NCBI GenBank assembly: GCA_937900695.1
Contig: CALCFD010000051.1
Coordinates: forward strand, 1,953-65,952
DNA: 64,000 nucleotides
Reading direction: 5' to 3'
Source: an uncultured Eubacterium sp.
Lineage (GTDB): Bacteria; Bacillota; Clostridia; Peptostreptococcales; Anaerovoracaceae
The translations under genes were made by a program, and so were the position numbers. Under the pieces are notes generated by a model. It ran no database searches. It saw only the letters and a program-made list of their open reading frames with translations, and was not told where the DNA came from. Shown here piece after piece: positions 44,686-55,331 of this stretch (position 1 is its first letter; each line of letters opens with the position of its first letter).

Positions 44686-45934
44686 AGATATTCGGTTCTA
44701 TGATACTTGTTCTCTTTTATTGGCAGGAGAGAGCTTGTTCGATAGAGAAGAAAAATTTGTAGTATCTTCTATTACTTTTAAAGAACTTGAAAGAATAAAG
44801 ACTGCAAGCAACAAAGATCCAGATATAAAGTATTCTGCTCGACTATTATTGCATTTATTTGAGAATCATCCAGATATGTATGATGTTGTAGTACATCAAG
44901 TAGATTATGAAGATGTAATTTCTAATATGTCTCTTGATATAACGGATGATACAAGAATTTTATCCGATGCTATTTGGTATAATAATAATCAACGAGTGGA
45001 CGAAACTATTTTTGTAACTAATGATTTAAGTTTGAAACATATAGCTAATTTATTCTTTGGATCAAGTATGATTGAAAGTGTACAAGAAGACATTGATGAT
45101 TATAAAGGCTATAAAGAAATAAATGCAAATGATAAAACATTGGCCGCTTTTTATCAAGATCCAAGCTTTAATCACTATAATCTTCATATTAACGAATATC
45201 TAATTATCAGAGATGTTGATGGATAGATTGTAGATCTAAGAGTATGGACTGGAAATGACCATAGATATTTAAATTATAATGACTTTAATTCTATCTGGTT
45301 CGGCAATATAAAACCCTATCGTGGAGATGTCTATCAAAAACTTCTTTTTGACAGCTTAAATAATAATAAAATTACTTTAATTAAAGGGCCTGCTGGCTCA
45401 GGAAAAACTATTATTAGTTTAGCTTATCTAATGTCAAAATTAGATAAAGGAGATTTAGATAGAATTATTGTATTTTGTAATACTGTAGCAACCGCAAATA
45501 GTGCTAAGTTAGGATATTTACCTGGAACAAGAGATGAGAAATTATTAGACTCTTAGATCGGAAATCTGCTAATTTCAAAATTCGGTGGACGAGATGGAGT
45601 AGAATAGCTAATTGAAGAAAATAAATTAGTTTTATTGCCTATGTCTGATATTAGAGGATATGATACCTCTGGAATGAAAGCTGGAATCTATATCTCTGAA
45701 GCTCAAAACTTAGACCGTGCATTAATCAAACTCGCTTTACAAAGAGTAGGAGACGATTGTGTTTGTATTATCGACGGTGATGAAAAAACTCAAGTCGATG
45801 ATGTACACTTTGCAGGTAATAGTAATGGTATGAAAAGAGTTTCCAAAATTTATAGAGGCCATGATATATATGGAGAAGTTGAACTCCGAAATATTTATAG
45901 ATCGAGAATCGCGCAAATAGCTGAATATATTTAA
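44678..45934 (+). CDS. phoH: PhoH-like ATPase with N-terminal PIN-like domain (YlaK-type), three in-frame TAGs
   Basis: MDKDIRFYDTCSLL (PIN-like), then LIKGPAGSGKT (Walker A). Frame-2 continuity from ORF 44606..45226 through TAGs at about 45227, 45554 and 45605 into ORF 45635..45934. Confidence 0.6.
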
Positions 45935-45979
45935 TTAAAACCCAGCCTATATAGGCTGGGTTTTATTATTGGAAGGAAG

Positions 45980-46839
45980 ATGAAAATGAAATATAGTATA
46001 AAAAAACATAACCTCTATCCTTATGTTTAGATTGTCACAATACCGTTTGTAAATATTGAAAAAATTGATTTTGCCCTATGTAACCAGCCGACAGAAACTC
46101 CAGATTCTTACTATAAAAGGCAAGTCAATAAACCCGATATTATAACTAATGGAGGATTCTTTGCCATGAATAATGGAAATACTTGTTTTAGTTATAAAGA
46201 TGAAGGAAGTATTATTCAATCTGATTTTCGTCATGGAGTTGCAATTAACGGCAATAAAACACTTTTGTATACTACACTAAAAGATCATAATACTGCCAGA
46301 GATTTTATTGCAGCTTATCCTGCATTAGTTGTAGATAATAAAAAAGTAGTTATTGAAGATGGGAAAGAATTAGATTATAAAGCCCGTAGAACTTGTATCG
46401 GTTGGGATACAAATAATTATTATATTGTAACAGTAGACTCTCCAGGCTTAGCATATAAAAGTTTATAGGAAATCTTTCTTGAACTGAAAGTATAGTATGC
46501 TATTAATTTAGATGGAGGAGGATCTACTAGATTATTAATAAATGGAAAAAGAGAAACTTCTCAAATCTATGCAAGACCTGTTGACAATGTAATGTGTGTA
46601 TATCTTAAAAAAGAACAAAAAAAGATTTTTTATCGAGTTCAAGTTGGAGCCTTCGCGTCTAAAGCAAACGCAGACAAATTATTGAAAGAGTTAAAAGAAA
46701 AAGGTTTTAGTGGCTATGTTAGAAAAATAGGACTTTTTTATAAAGTCTAGCTAGGTGCTTTTTCTGTAAAATTAAATGCAGAAAGACTAAGAGATAAATT
46801 AAAAGCTGCTGGATATAATTCTTTTATTACTACGAAATA
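45980..46839 (+). CDS. Phosphodiester-glycosidase-family protein with two C-terminal SPOR repeats; cell-wall-associated, lysis cassette
   Basis: ..TNGGFFAMNNG..AYPALVVDNKKV..CIGWDTNNYYIVTV..NLDGGGSTRLLINGK.., then YRVQVGAFASKANADKLL and YKV-Q-LGAFSVKLNAERL. Several in-frame TAGs. Confidence 0.5.
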
Positions 46840-46844
46840 AAATG

Positions 46845-48017
46845 ACTAACGCACAAATTATTTGGGAATATTTTAAGAATAAAGGCTTTAGTAATTGCGG
46901 GATCGCAGGCTTAATGGGAAATCTTTATGCAGAAAGCGGTCTCATTCCAACAAATTTATAGAACTCGTATGAAAAAAAATTAAAAATGACTGACTCTGAA
47001 TATACTTATGCAGTAGATAGCAAAAGATATAAAAACTTTATAAAAGATGGAGCAGGATATGGGTTGGCGTAGTGGACATTTTGGACTAGAAAACAAAATC
47101 TTCTTTAGTTCTGTCAAAATAAAGGTAAGTCTATTGGAGATTTAAATACACAATTAGATTTTTTATATTAGGAGTTAATTACAAATTATCCTAATTTAGT
47201 TCAAATCTTAAAAACTGCCACTTCTGTTGAAGTGGCATCTACTGCTGTACTACTTTAGTTTGAACGACCGGCTGATCAAAGCTTTGCAGTTCAACAAAGA
47301 AGAACTAATTATGGCCAATAGTATTATAATAAATTTGTTAATACTTTAAATATAGTTGAAGGAGGTAATAAAATGAAATACAACAATAGCAATAAACCAC
47401 TTCAATGCATGATGACAAATAGTACCTGTTATAAACAAACTCGTACAATGTAGATTAAGGGAATTTTATGGCATAGTACAGGTGCAAATAACCCTAATTT
47501 AAAAAGATATGTCTAGCCTAGTGAAAACGATCCTAATTATAATAAGTTAATAAATAAATTAGGAAAAAATACTAGTGGAAATGATTGGAACCATATCTCT
47601 CATTAGGCTGGTTTAAACTGCTGGATTGGGAAACTTGCAGATGGAACAGTAACAACTGTTCAAACCATGCCCTGGAATTATAGACCTTGGGGATGTGGAT
47701 CAGGCTCTAAAGGCTCTTGCAATAATGGATGGATCTAGTTTGAAATTTGTGAAGATAATCTAAACAATGCAGATTATTTTAACAAGGTATATGAAGAAGC
47801 TTGCTAGATTACAGCTTATTTATGTAAAATGTATAATATTAACCCTTTAGGAACTACTACTTTAAATGGTATTAAAGTTCCTACTATTTTATGTCATGCA
47901 GATAGTCATAAACTTGGTTTAGGCTCTAATCATGGAGATGTAAATCATTGGTTTCCAAAATTTGGAAAAAGCATGGAAACAGCGAGAAAAGATGTCTATA
48001 ACTTAATGACAATTTAG
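46845..48017 (+). CDS. Endolysin: N-terminal lysozyme-like (phage tail-lysozyme type) domain plus C-terminal N-acetylmuramoyl-L-alanine amidase domain; possibly two genes with an internal start at 47373
   Basis: CGIAGLMGNLYAESGL..GYGLA-Q-WT, then ..GILWHSTGANNP..ILCHADSH..GDVNHWF. Frame 3 stays open across multiple TAGs. An internal GGAGG RBS precedes ATG 47373. Confidence 0.55.
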
Positions 48018-48032
48018 GAGGATGATGAAGAT

Positions 48033-48248
48033 ATGACTGATGAAAAATTTGCTGAACTTATGAATAATTGGCTAACAAATAAAGCTAATGAAAAAGAAAC
48101 TTGGGGCTCTGATAATCTTAAATGGGCAAACGATAATGGGATTATGGCAGGAGATGCTGCTGGTAGAATGATGCCTAATAAGTTTTGTACTAGACTTGAA
48201 ACAATAACTATGCTAAGAAGATTAGCTGAAAAGTTGGGATTAAAATGA
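48033..48248 (+). CDS. Hypothetical small protein
   Basis: 71-aa ORF. Confidence 0.35.
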   Translation: MTDEKFAELMNNWLTNKANEKETWGSDNLKWANDNGIMAGDAAGRMMPNKFCTRLETITMLRRLAEKLGLK

Positions 48249-48580
48249 AAAAATTAGAATTTTCTAAAAAACTAATAAACGATATTCGTTTATTATTATG
48301 GATTATAACTATAGCAGGTATCCTTTTAGCATTTATGTGTATTGGTATGGGCTATTTAGGAACCTTGCCTTGGATCAGTGCTCTCATAGGTTTACCATGG
48401 AGTGCTCATGGAATAGTTTGTTCATTTTATTTAAATATGGCTAAATCAGATCATAAAAAAGGTGGAATTACATATGATTTAGCTTTAAGAGAAGCAGAGT
48501 CGGTTTCTATATATGACAATTAGGCTGAAGATTTCTCTGCTCTTGATGATATTCCTGTTGACCTTAATGGTCCTATTTAA
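48245..48580 (+). CDS. Holin-like small membrane protein (two predicted TM helices), one in-frame TAG
   Basis: LLLWIITIAGILLAFMCIGMGYLGTLPWISALIGLPWSAHGIV. Extends through TAG 48521 to TAA 48578. Confidence 0.45.
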
Positions 48581-48583
48581 TTT

Positions 48584-48628
48584 AAAGGCTTAATAAGTTT
48601 TAACTTATTAAGCCTTTTATTTATTTGT
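48584..48628 (+). terminator. Rho-independent terminator after the lysis cassette
   Basis: aaaggcttaataagtt ttaa cttattaagccttt followed by a T-rich run. Confidence 0.65.
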
Positions 48629-48769
48629 AGTTTGATTTTTTTTAAAATATATGGTATCATATATTTAGAAAATAAAAGAAAAGAAATAGAAAGGATTAAA
48701 GCGATTAGAAGTTTATGAAGAATATAAAGATATATACTCTCTAAGTGGCTTTAATAAGGTGTGGTATAA

Positions 48770-49234
48770 ATGATTAGCGTGTATGTTGACGGATCTTGTC
48801 GTGGAAATCCTGGTCCAGGAGGCTTTGGAGTTATCGTTGTAGAAGATGATAAAGTAATTGCAGCATATCAAGAGCAGCATAGTTCTACTACAAACAATAG
48901 AATGGAGATGTCTGCTATTATCTATGCGCTTGAGAATTATGGCGCTAGAGAAGGAGATTTCTTTGCTCCTATTGTTTATAGCGATTCTTCATATTGCGTG
49001 AATAGCTTTACTAATTGGATAAATGGTTGGAAAGCTAATGGATGGAAGCGAGCAGGAAATAAGAAATTAGAAAATCTTGACTTAATTCAAACTTATGATA
49101 TGTTAAGACAAGAATTTAAGATTGATTTACGGAAAATTAAAGGTCATGATGGAATACTTTATAATGAACTTGCTGATGGTTTAGCTACTGGACAAATTTC
49201 CGTAGAAGATGTTTTAAGAGAGTATGGTGATTAA
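48770..49234 (+). CDS. rnhA: Ribonuclease HI
   Basis: VYVDGSCRGNPGPGGFGVIV and NNRMEM motifs. 154 aa. Confidence 0.7.
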   Translation: MISVYVDGSCRGNPGPGGFGVIVVEDDKVIAAYQEQHSSTTNNRMEMSAIIYALENYGAREGDFFAPIVYSDSSYCVNSFTNWINGWKANGWKRAGNKKLENLDLIQTYDMLRQEFKIDLRKIKGHDGILYNELADGLATGQISVEDVLREYGD

Positions 49235-51130
49235 ATGGCTGGAAAGTTATATGATGAAAAGAGTATCGAATCATTAAGCCCTTTGGCTTTTACAAGACTC
49301 CGTCCGCAAGTATACGCAGGCGATTGTTCCTATTCTACGCAATTGGTTGTAGAAATTATTTCCAATGCTGTAGATGAATTTAGACTTGGACATGGTAATT
49401 TAATTAATGTAACAATTAAAGACACTACTGTAATAGTAGAAGACTTCGGACAAGGGTTCTTGGTTAATTCAATAAGAGAAGATGGTAAAACTATTTTAGA
49501 GGCAGCTTTTAGTGTTCTCAATACTTCTGGTAAATATAGAGAAGATGGAACATATGAAGGTACTTCTTTAGGTAGTTTTGGCATTGGTAGTAAAATTACT
49601 ACTTATTTAAGTCATTGGCTTGAAGTTATTACTCATAGAGATGGACAATATGAACATCTTTGGTTTAAAGAAGGCGAATTTAATAAACGAGATATTGGTA
49701 AATGGGATAACAAGGAAAATCCATCTGGAACTTTAGTTCAATGGCAAGCAAGTGAAGAGTTCTTTGCTGATCCAAAACCGGAGATTGAAAAATTAAAGAA
49801 ACTATTTAAAACTATTGTCTGTCTTTGCCCCGGCTTAACTATTAAATTAGACGATAATGGGAAGAAGATTGAATTTTTCTCAAAGAATGGTCTTATGGAT
49901 CTACTGGACGATGGTGTAAAGGGAAAAGAAATTCTAAAAAATCGTTTTTCAATTAATTTTTCTGAAGGCAAAAATAAGATAGATTTAGCTCTAACTTATA
50001 CAAATAATTATTCTTCTATTATTGTTCCATATGTAAATACTGGATTAACTGAAGCTGGACCACATATTACGCAAATTAAAACTCTATTAACAAGAGAGTT
50101 TAATAAATTCTTTCGTGATAAAGGATGGTTAAAAGAAAAAGATGATAACCTAACTGGCGATGACTGTCAAGAAGGAATGTATCTAGTCTTTAATATTACA
50201 GCACCAAATGTTGGATATGATGCACAGGTAAAATCTCGTGTTACAAAGCTCGATATGAAACCGTTTACACAAGCAATAGCAGAAGAACTACAATATTGGT
50301 TTGCGGCAAATGAAAAAGAAATTAAAGGAATTGCGGATAAGGCGCTTAACGCTCGTAAAGCTAGAGAGGCTGCTCGTAAGGCAAGAGATGCCGCAAGAAA
50401 TGTAAAACCAAAAAAAGAAAATGGATTAAAAGCTAAGATGCAAATTAGCGATAAATTCATTGATTGTAAAAATAAAAATCCTAAAAATCGTAACCTACTC
50501 TTAGTAGAGGGTTTATCTGCTGGCGCCTCTGCAGTTGAAGCTCGTAATCCAGAAACAGACTGTATCTATATGCTAAGAGGTAAGATCGTTTCTCCCCTCA
50601 AAACAGCAGTAGATAAAATTCTTGCTAATCAAGAAATGTCTGATGTTATTAGAGTAATTGGGGCTGGATTTGGTTCTTCTTTTGATGTTACAAAGATGAA
50701 TTTTGATAAAATTGTAATTACTTCAGATGCTGATAGTGATGGCGCAGATATTGAATTAATGTTAATTACATTCTTTTTTACTTATATGCGTCCTCTTGTT
50801 GAAGAGGGAAAACTATATCGAGCTGTAACTCCCCTCTATATTATTCGTCAAAAGGGAAATGAATATTATTGTTACTCTGATGATGAACTCGCAGCATGGA
50901 AAGAAAATCATAGTGGTAGTTATGATTTAATTAGAGCTAAAGGTTTAGGAGAGCTAAATCCAGAGGATCTTCAAAAGGTATGTTTCTTAAATGAAAGATA
51001 TAAGCGTATTACTATTTCTGATGCAGAAAAAACAACTAAGTTACTTGAAACTTTAATGGGTAGTGCAGTCGAACCTCGTAAGCAATATATTTATGATAAT
51101 GCTAATGAGCTTGGTTTTAATTTTGAATAA
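49235..51130 (+). CDS. Type IIA DNA topoisomerase, ATPase/Toprim subunit (GyrB/ParE-like; T4 gp39-like)
   Basis: GHKL motif EIISNAVDEF, Toprim motifs LLVEGLSAGAS and SDADSDGADI. 631 aa, no TAG. Confidence 0.7.
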   Translation: MAGKLYDEKSIESLSPLAFTRLRPQVYAGDCSYSTQLVVEIISNAVDEFRLGHGNLINVTIKDTTVIVEDFGQGFLVNSIREDGKTILEAAFSVLNTSGKYREDGTYEGTSLGSFGIGSKITTYLSHWLEVITHRDGQYEHLWFKEGEFNKRDIGKWDNKENPSGTLVQWQASEEFFADPKPEIEKLKKLFKTIVCLCPGLTIKLDDNGKKIEFFSKNGLMDLLDDGVKGKEILKNRFSINFSEGKNKIDLALTYTNNYSSIIVPYVNTGLTEAGPHITQIKTLLTREFNKFFRDKGWLKEKDDNLTGDDCQEGMYLVFNITAPNVGYDAQVKSRVTKLDMKPFTQAIAEELQYWFAANEKEIKGIADKALNARKAREAARKARDAARNVKPKKENGLKAKMQISDKFIDCKNKNPKNRNLLLVEGLSAGASAVEARNPETDCIYMLRGKIVSPLKTAVDKILANQEMSDVIRVIGAGFGSSFDVTKMNFDKIVITSDADSDGADIELMLITFFFTYMRPLVEEGKLYRAVTPLYIIRQKGNEYYCYSDDELAAWKENHSGSYDLIRAKGLGELNPEDLQKVCFLNERYKRITISDAEKTTKLLETLMGSAVEPRKQYIYDNANELGFNFE

Positions 51131-51144
51131 GTGGTGGTGAAATA

Positions 51145-53511
51145 ATGAGTTTAATTACTGAAGTTGATATCCTTGATGAGGCAAAAGATAATTTCTTAAC
51201 TTATGCAGAAGAAGTTCTTACCGACAGAGCTATCCCCGCCGCAGAGGATGGTTTACTTAGCGCACAAAGAAAAATTTTATGGACAATGGAAGATTATCTA
51301 AAAATGGACAACAAGAGCAAAACAAAAAAATGTAATGCTATTGTTGGTTCAACATTGGCTACTTCTTATTTTCATGGAGATATTGCCTGTTATGGAGTGC
51401 TTAGAAAAATGGCGCAGTCTTTCTTAATGCGTTATCCTTTAATTACTGGCCAAGGCCAGTTAGGTACTCAAGAAAGTAATGATATGTTTTCTTCTTCTCG
51501 TTATACAGAAGCCAAACCTTCTCAATTCGCAGATTTGATGATGAATGACTTTAAGAAAGAAGTTGTTCCTGTAAAAGAGACATATAATGGTGAATTTATG
51601 GAACCTGTTGTATTACCATCTTTATTCCCTAATGCAATTTGCAATGGTCGTCAGGCTATCGGAATTTCTATGGCTCATAACTCTGCTCCACATAATTTAA
51701 CAGAGGTATGTAATGCAGCAATAGCCATGATTGAAAAAGGAGATCTAACTATTGATGAATTATTATCTTATATTCCAGGGCCAGATTTTCCCCTCGGCGG
51801 AACAGTATTAAATATAAAAGATGTGCGGGCTGCTTTTGAGACCGGTAAATCTAAGGTTTCTTTAAAAATTCAGGGTGATTATGAGATTAATAATCAAACT
51901 ATTACCTTTACAAGTATTCCTTATAGGACTTATAGAAACAAGATAAAAGAACAAATTGAAAAAAATATCGACATTTTTAGTGAACTATTAGAAGATTTTG
52001 ATGATGAGTCTAATATTGGACAAAACAAACTTGTTTTTCATGTAAAGCCTGGTATTTCAATTTCAAAAGCTCTTAATTCTTTATTTCTATTAACTGATTT
52101 GCAGTCAACTCTATCTTATAATATGAATTATATTGTAAATGGGACTCCTAAATTATGTTCAATGAAAAATTTACTGCATGAGTATATAAATCATCAAGAG
52201 CAAGTTCTTATTAAAGCTACAGAGTTTGATAAAAATAAAGCAGAAGCAAGAGCACATATTCTTGAAGGTTTAATTGCCGCGGTAGATAAAATTGATGAAG
52301 TCATTACATTAATTAAACAATCTGCCGGAAGAGCGGATGCTAGATCTCGATTGATAGAATTTTTATCTGTTGACGAAATTCAAGCAAATGCAATCTTGGA
52401 TATGAAACTAGGGAAATTAACTAAAATTGACAAAGAAGAATTAGTTAATGAACTACAAGAAAAAAGAGAATTTATTGCTCGGTGTATAGAAATTTTAACT
52501 AAGCAGGATATAAGAAATAACAAACTAATTAAGATAATTACTGAACTTAAAAATAAATATGGAGATGCTCGTAGAACTAAACTAACAAACACTGAAATTC
52601 CGAAAGCTACAAAAGAACAGCCAGTTATTGAAGCTAAGGATTGTGTAGTAATAGTAACTAAAAAGAATACTATAAAAAGGATTGATATTAAGAATTTTAA
52701 ACCTCAAAAAAGAAATACTACTGGGGTAAAAAATAATGGAGATATTATAGTATTCTCTCAGAAAACTAATACTCAAGATACATTAATGGTATTCTCTTCT
52801 AAAGGAAAAATGTATCGACTGTTAGTTGATAGCATTCCAGAAGGAACGAATACCTCTATCGGTGCTCCAGTTTCTAGTTTTATTGAATTTGAAAATGGAG
52901 AAACTCCTATGGCTTATACTACTTTAACTAGAGATACAGATAAGAAATTTGTATTTTTTGCTACTAAAAACGGCATTGTGAAAAAAGTTCCATTAAATGA
53001 ATATGATGCTATGAAAAGAACTGGAATTGTAGCTATTAAGCTTAAAGACGGAGATGAGTTAGCAGCAGCAACCTTTATAAATCAAGAGGAAATGATGTTA
53101 ATTACGAAAAATGGAATGTCTATAAGATTTCCAACCGCAGAAATGCCAATTTCTTCAAGAACCGCACAAGGGGTAAAAGGTATGAATGTTGATAACGAAG
53201 ATCAAGTTATTGCTGCTTTACCTATTTCAAATCCTGCGAATTGTTTATCTGTTGTTTCCATTGACGGTTTAGGAAAAAGAACAGAATTAAAAGAATTTAA
53301 TAGTCAAAACCGTGGAGGTAAAGGTCTTTCTTGCTACAAAAATCCAATTGCCGGAGCTGAGTTGGTCGCAGAGGATGATTTGCTCTTAATTTCTGGAAAT
53401 AAAACCTCTATTGTAGTTAAAGCAACCGAACTACCAATGTTAAATAGAACTTCACTTGGTAATATTATGCTGAAGAATAATGAGAAAGTAATTTCAATGT
53501 CTAAGATTTAA
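51145..53511 (+). CDS. Type IIA DNA topoisomerase, DNA-cleavage subunit (GyrA/ParC-like; T4 gp52-like)
   Basis: EDGLLSAQRKILW, and catalytic Tyr context SSRYTEAK. 788 aa, no TAG. Confidence 0.7.
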   Translation: MSLITEVDILDEAKDNFLTYAEEVLTDRAIPAAEDGLLSAQRKILWTMEDYLKMDNKSKTKKCNAIVGSTLATSYFHGDIACYGVLRKMAQSFLMRYPLITGQGQLGTQESNDMFSSSRYTEAKPSQFADLMMNDFKKEVVPVKETYNGEFMEPVVLPSLFPNAICNGRQAIGISMAHNSAPHNLTEVCNAAIAMIEKGDLTIDELLSYIPGPDFPLGGTVLNIKDVRAAFETGKSKVSLKIQGDYEINNQTITFTSIPYRTYRNKIKEQIEKNIDIFSELLEDFDDESNIGQNKLVFHVKPGISISKALNSLFLLTDLQSTLSYNMNYIVNGTPKLCSMKNLLHEYINHQEQVLIKATEFDKNKAEARAHILEGLIAAVDKIDEVITLIKQSAGRADARSRLIEFLSVDEIQANAILDMKLGKLTKIDKEELVNELQEKREFIARCIEILTKQDIRNNKLIKIITELKNKYGDARRTKLTNTEIPKATKEQPVIEAKDCVVIVTKKNTIKRIDIKNFKPQKRNTTGVKNNGDIIVFSQKTNTQDTLMVFSSKGKMYRLLVDSIPEGTNTSIGAPVSSFIEFENGETPMAYTTLTRDTDKKFVFFATKNGIVKKVPLNEYDAMKRTGIVAIKLKDGDELAAATFINQEEMMLITKNGMSIRFPTAEMPISSRTAQGVKGMNVDNEDQVIAALPISNPANCLSVVSIDGLGKRTELKEFNSQNRGGKGLSCYKNPIAGAELVAEDDLLLISGNKTSIVVKATELPMLNRTSLGNIMLKNNEKVISMSKI

Positions 53512-53513
53512 AG

Positions 53514-53542
53514 ATAAAAGTGGTTTAACCACTTTTATCTTT
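53514..53542 (+). terminator. Hairpin terminator
   Basis: aaaagtggtt taa ccactttt followed by atcttt. Confidence 0.5.
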
Positions 53543-53610
53543 AGTTGATTTTTCTTATATATTATATTATAATAAATATAAAGAGATAAAGAAAGGATAA
53601 AGTTATATAA

Positions 53611-54717
53611 ATGTATCCTGAAGCTAAAATGATAGATGCTATGAAGGTATGGAAATTACCAGCAGGTAAAGAATCTATGCTTTCTGAAATTTGTCAATCT
53701 GGAGATTATTTCCTTGAAGAAAAGATTGATGGATATTGGTATGAATATGAGAAAACAGATAACTATAGCTATCTATTCTCTCGTAATACAAGTACAACTA
53801 CTGGTTTACTTTCAGAAAAAGGGGCTAATGTTCCTCATATTATGAAGGCTCTTGATTGTATGCCTAAGAATACTATTCTCATTGGAGAGATTTATTATCC
53901 TGGTGGTACGTCAAAAACGGTTAGTACTGTAATGGGGTGTCTCCCAGAACTTGCAGTTAAGAGACAAGAAAATAATCCTATTCATTACTACTTACACGAT
54001 ATTATTGAATATGATAATATCAATCTAAGTAATTTAGGTGCGGAAGACAGGTATAAAATTCTAGTAGGCGTGTGGAATAAACATAATCTATCTCAATATG
54101 ATTTTCTTAGACTCGCTCAAAAGGTAGACGAAAATCTTGAAGAAGAGATTTCAAGAATTTTAAAGTCTGGTGGAGAAGGAGTTGTCTTAAAGAAAAAGGA
54201 TTATCCGTATGCTCCTGGAAAACGTCCTGCTTGGTCTACAGTAAAAGTAAAGCAAATGGATTCTATTGATCTAATTTGTATGGGATTTTGTCCTCCTACT
54301 AAAGAATATACAGGTAAAGAATTAGATACTTGGGAATATTGGGTAATAGAGAAACAAGATGAAAATGGAGTATGGAGAGAGCAAGAAAAAGTATGCCCAT
54401 ATAAAGCGATTAAATCTCCAGAATATAGAACTTTACCTATTAGTCGTTATTATTTTTATGGATGGAATACTGCAATTAAAGTTGGTGCGTATGATAACCA
54501 AGGAGAATTAATCGAATTAGGCACGGTAAGCTCTGGATTAACAGATGATATGAAGCGCGATATGACTGAGAATCCGCAGAATTATCTTAATAAAGTTGTT
54601 TCTCTTGACTGTATGTCTATTGATAAAAAAGAACATACATTAAGACATCCAGTATTAAAGTCTTGGAGAGCAGATAAAGATGCAAAAGATTGCATTATAG
54701 ATGAAATTTTCCAATAA
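53611..54717 (+). CDS. ATP-dependent DNA ligase
   Basis: Motif I EEKIDGYW (K-x-D-G), OB-fold-like C-terminus. 368 aa. Confidence 0.6.
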   Translation: MYPEAKMIDAMKVWKLPAGKESMLSEICQSGDYFLEEKIDGYWYEYEKTDNYSYLFSRNTSTTTGLLSEKGANVPHIMKALDCMPKNTILIGEIYYPGGTSKTVSTVMGCLPELAVKRQENNPIHYYLHDIIEYDNINLSNLGAEDRYKILVGVWNKHNLSQYDFLRLAQKVDENLEEEISRILKSGGEGVVLKKKDYPYAPGKRPAWSTVKVKQMDSIDLICMGFCPPTKEYTGKELDTWEYWVIEKQDENGVWREQEKVCPYKAIKSPEYRTLPISRYYFYGWNTAIKVGAYDNQGELIELGTVSSGLTDDMKRDMTENPQNYLNKVVSLDCMSIDKKEHTLRHPVLKSWRADKDAKDCIIDEIFQ

Positions 54718-54786
54718 TCCATTTGACACTAAAATAATTTTATTATATAATAATTATGTAATTCAAAGGGATAAAGGATATAAATT

Positions 54787-54990
54787 ATGACCCGAAAACA
54801 AATGAAAAAGCTCGCTAAAGAACTTTATAAATGTGAGCAGATTCATCAAAGTGACTCTTCCTCAAAGGAAGAAAAATCCCAAGCTGATAATCGTATTATG
54901 CAAATTACAAATCAGATTATGGCATTAAATGATGGGATTAATATTATGCTAGAAATTGACGTTATGGTTCAAGATTTAGCAACTAAATGA
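54787..54990 (+). CDS. Hypothetical small protein
   Basis: 67-aa ORF. Confidence 0.35.
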   Translation: MTRKQMKKLAKELYKCEQIHQSDSSSKEEKSQADNRIMQITNQIMALNDGINIMLEIDVMVQDLATK

Positions 54991-55015
54991 ATAAATAATT
55001 AACATTAAAAGGAGA

Positions 55016-55291
55016 ATGTCTATTATGGCAGCTATGAAAGAAAATACTCGTAAGGTTCTAGATTATTTAAAGGAAAATAATGATAATAATTTAACTGCGG
55101 CAGAGGTTGCTGAAGCACTTGGGCTTGAGAAGCGTCAGGTTGATGGCATTTTTACTTCTGCGTTTCAACGTAAGGGATATGGTGAGCGCATTCCTGATGA
55201 AGTAACTCTTGAAGACGGTTCCCATCAAAAGGTGAAGTATCTTCGTCTCACTCAAATGGGCCTTGATCTCGATCCTGACGCACAAGAGTAA
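55016..55291 (+). CDS. Hypothetical small protein
   Basis: 91-aa ORF with RBS aaaggagaatg. Confidence 0.4.
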   Translation: MSIMAAMKENTRKVLDYLKENNDNNLTAAEVAEALGLEKRQVDGIFTSAFQRKGYGERIPDEVTLEDGSHQKVKYLRLTQMGLDLDPDAQE

Positions 55292-55296
55292 TTAGT

Positions 55297-55331
55297 ATCG
55301 GGAAGAGTTTAATAACTCTTCCCGAATTTTT
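55297..55331 (+). terminator. Rho-independent terminator
   Basis: cgggaagag tttaataa ctcttcccg followed by a T6 run. Confidence 0.6.

Noticed and set aside
46845-48017. Splitting the lysin into two separate CDSs at the internal GGAGG-ATG (47373)
   Set aside because: There is no TAA or TGA between the lysozyme-like and amidase domains in frame 3, so they are annotated as one CDS. The internal start is noted as an alternative because TAG readthrough prevents defining an upstream stop.
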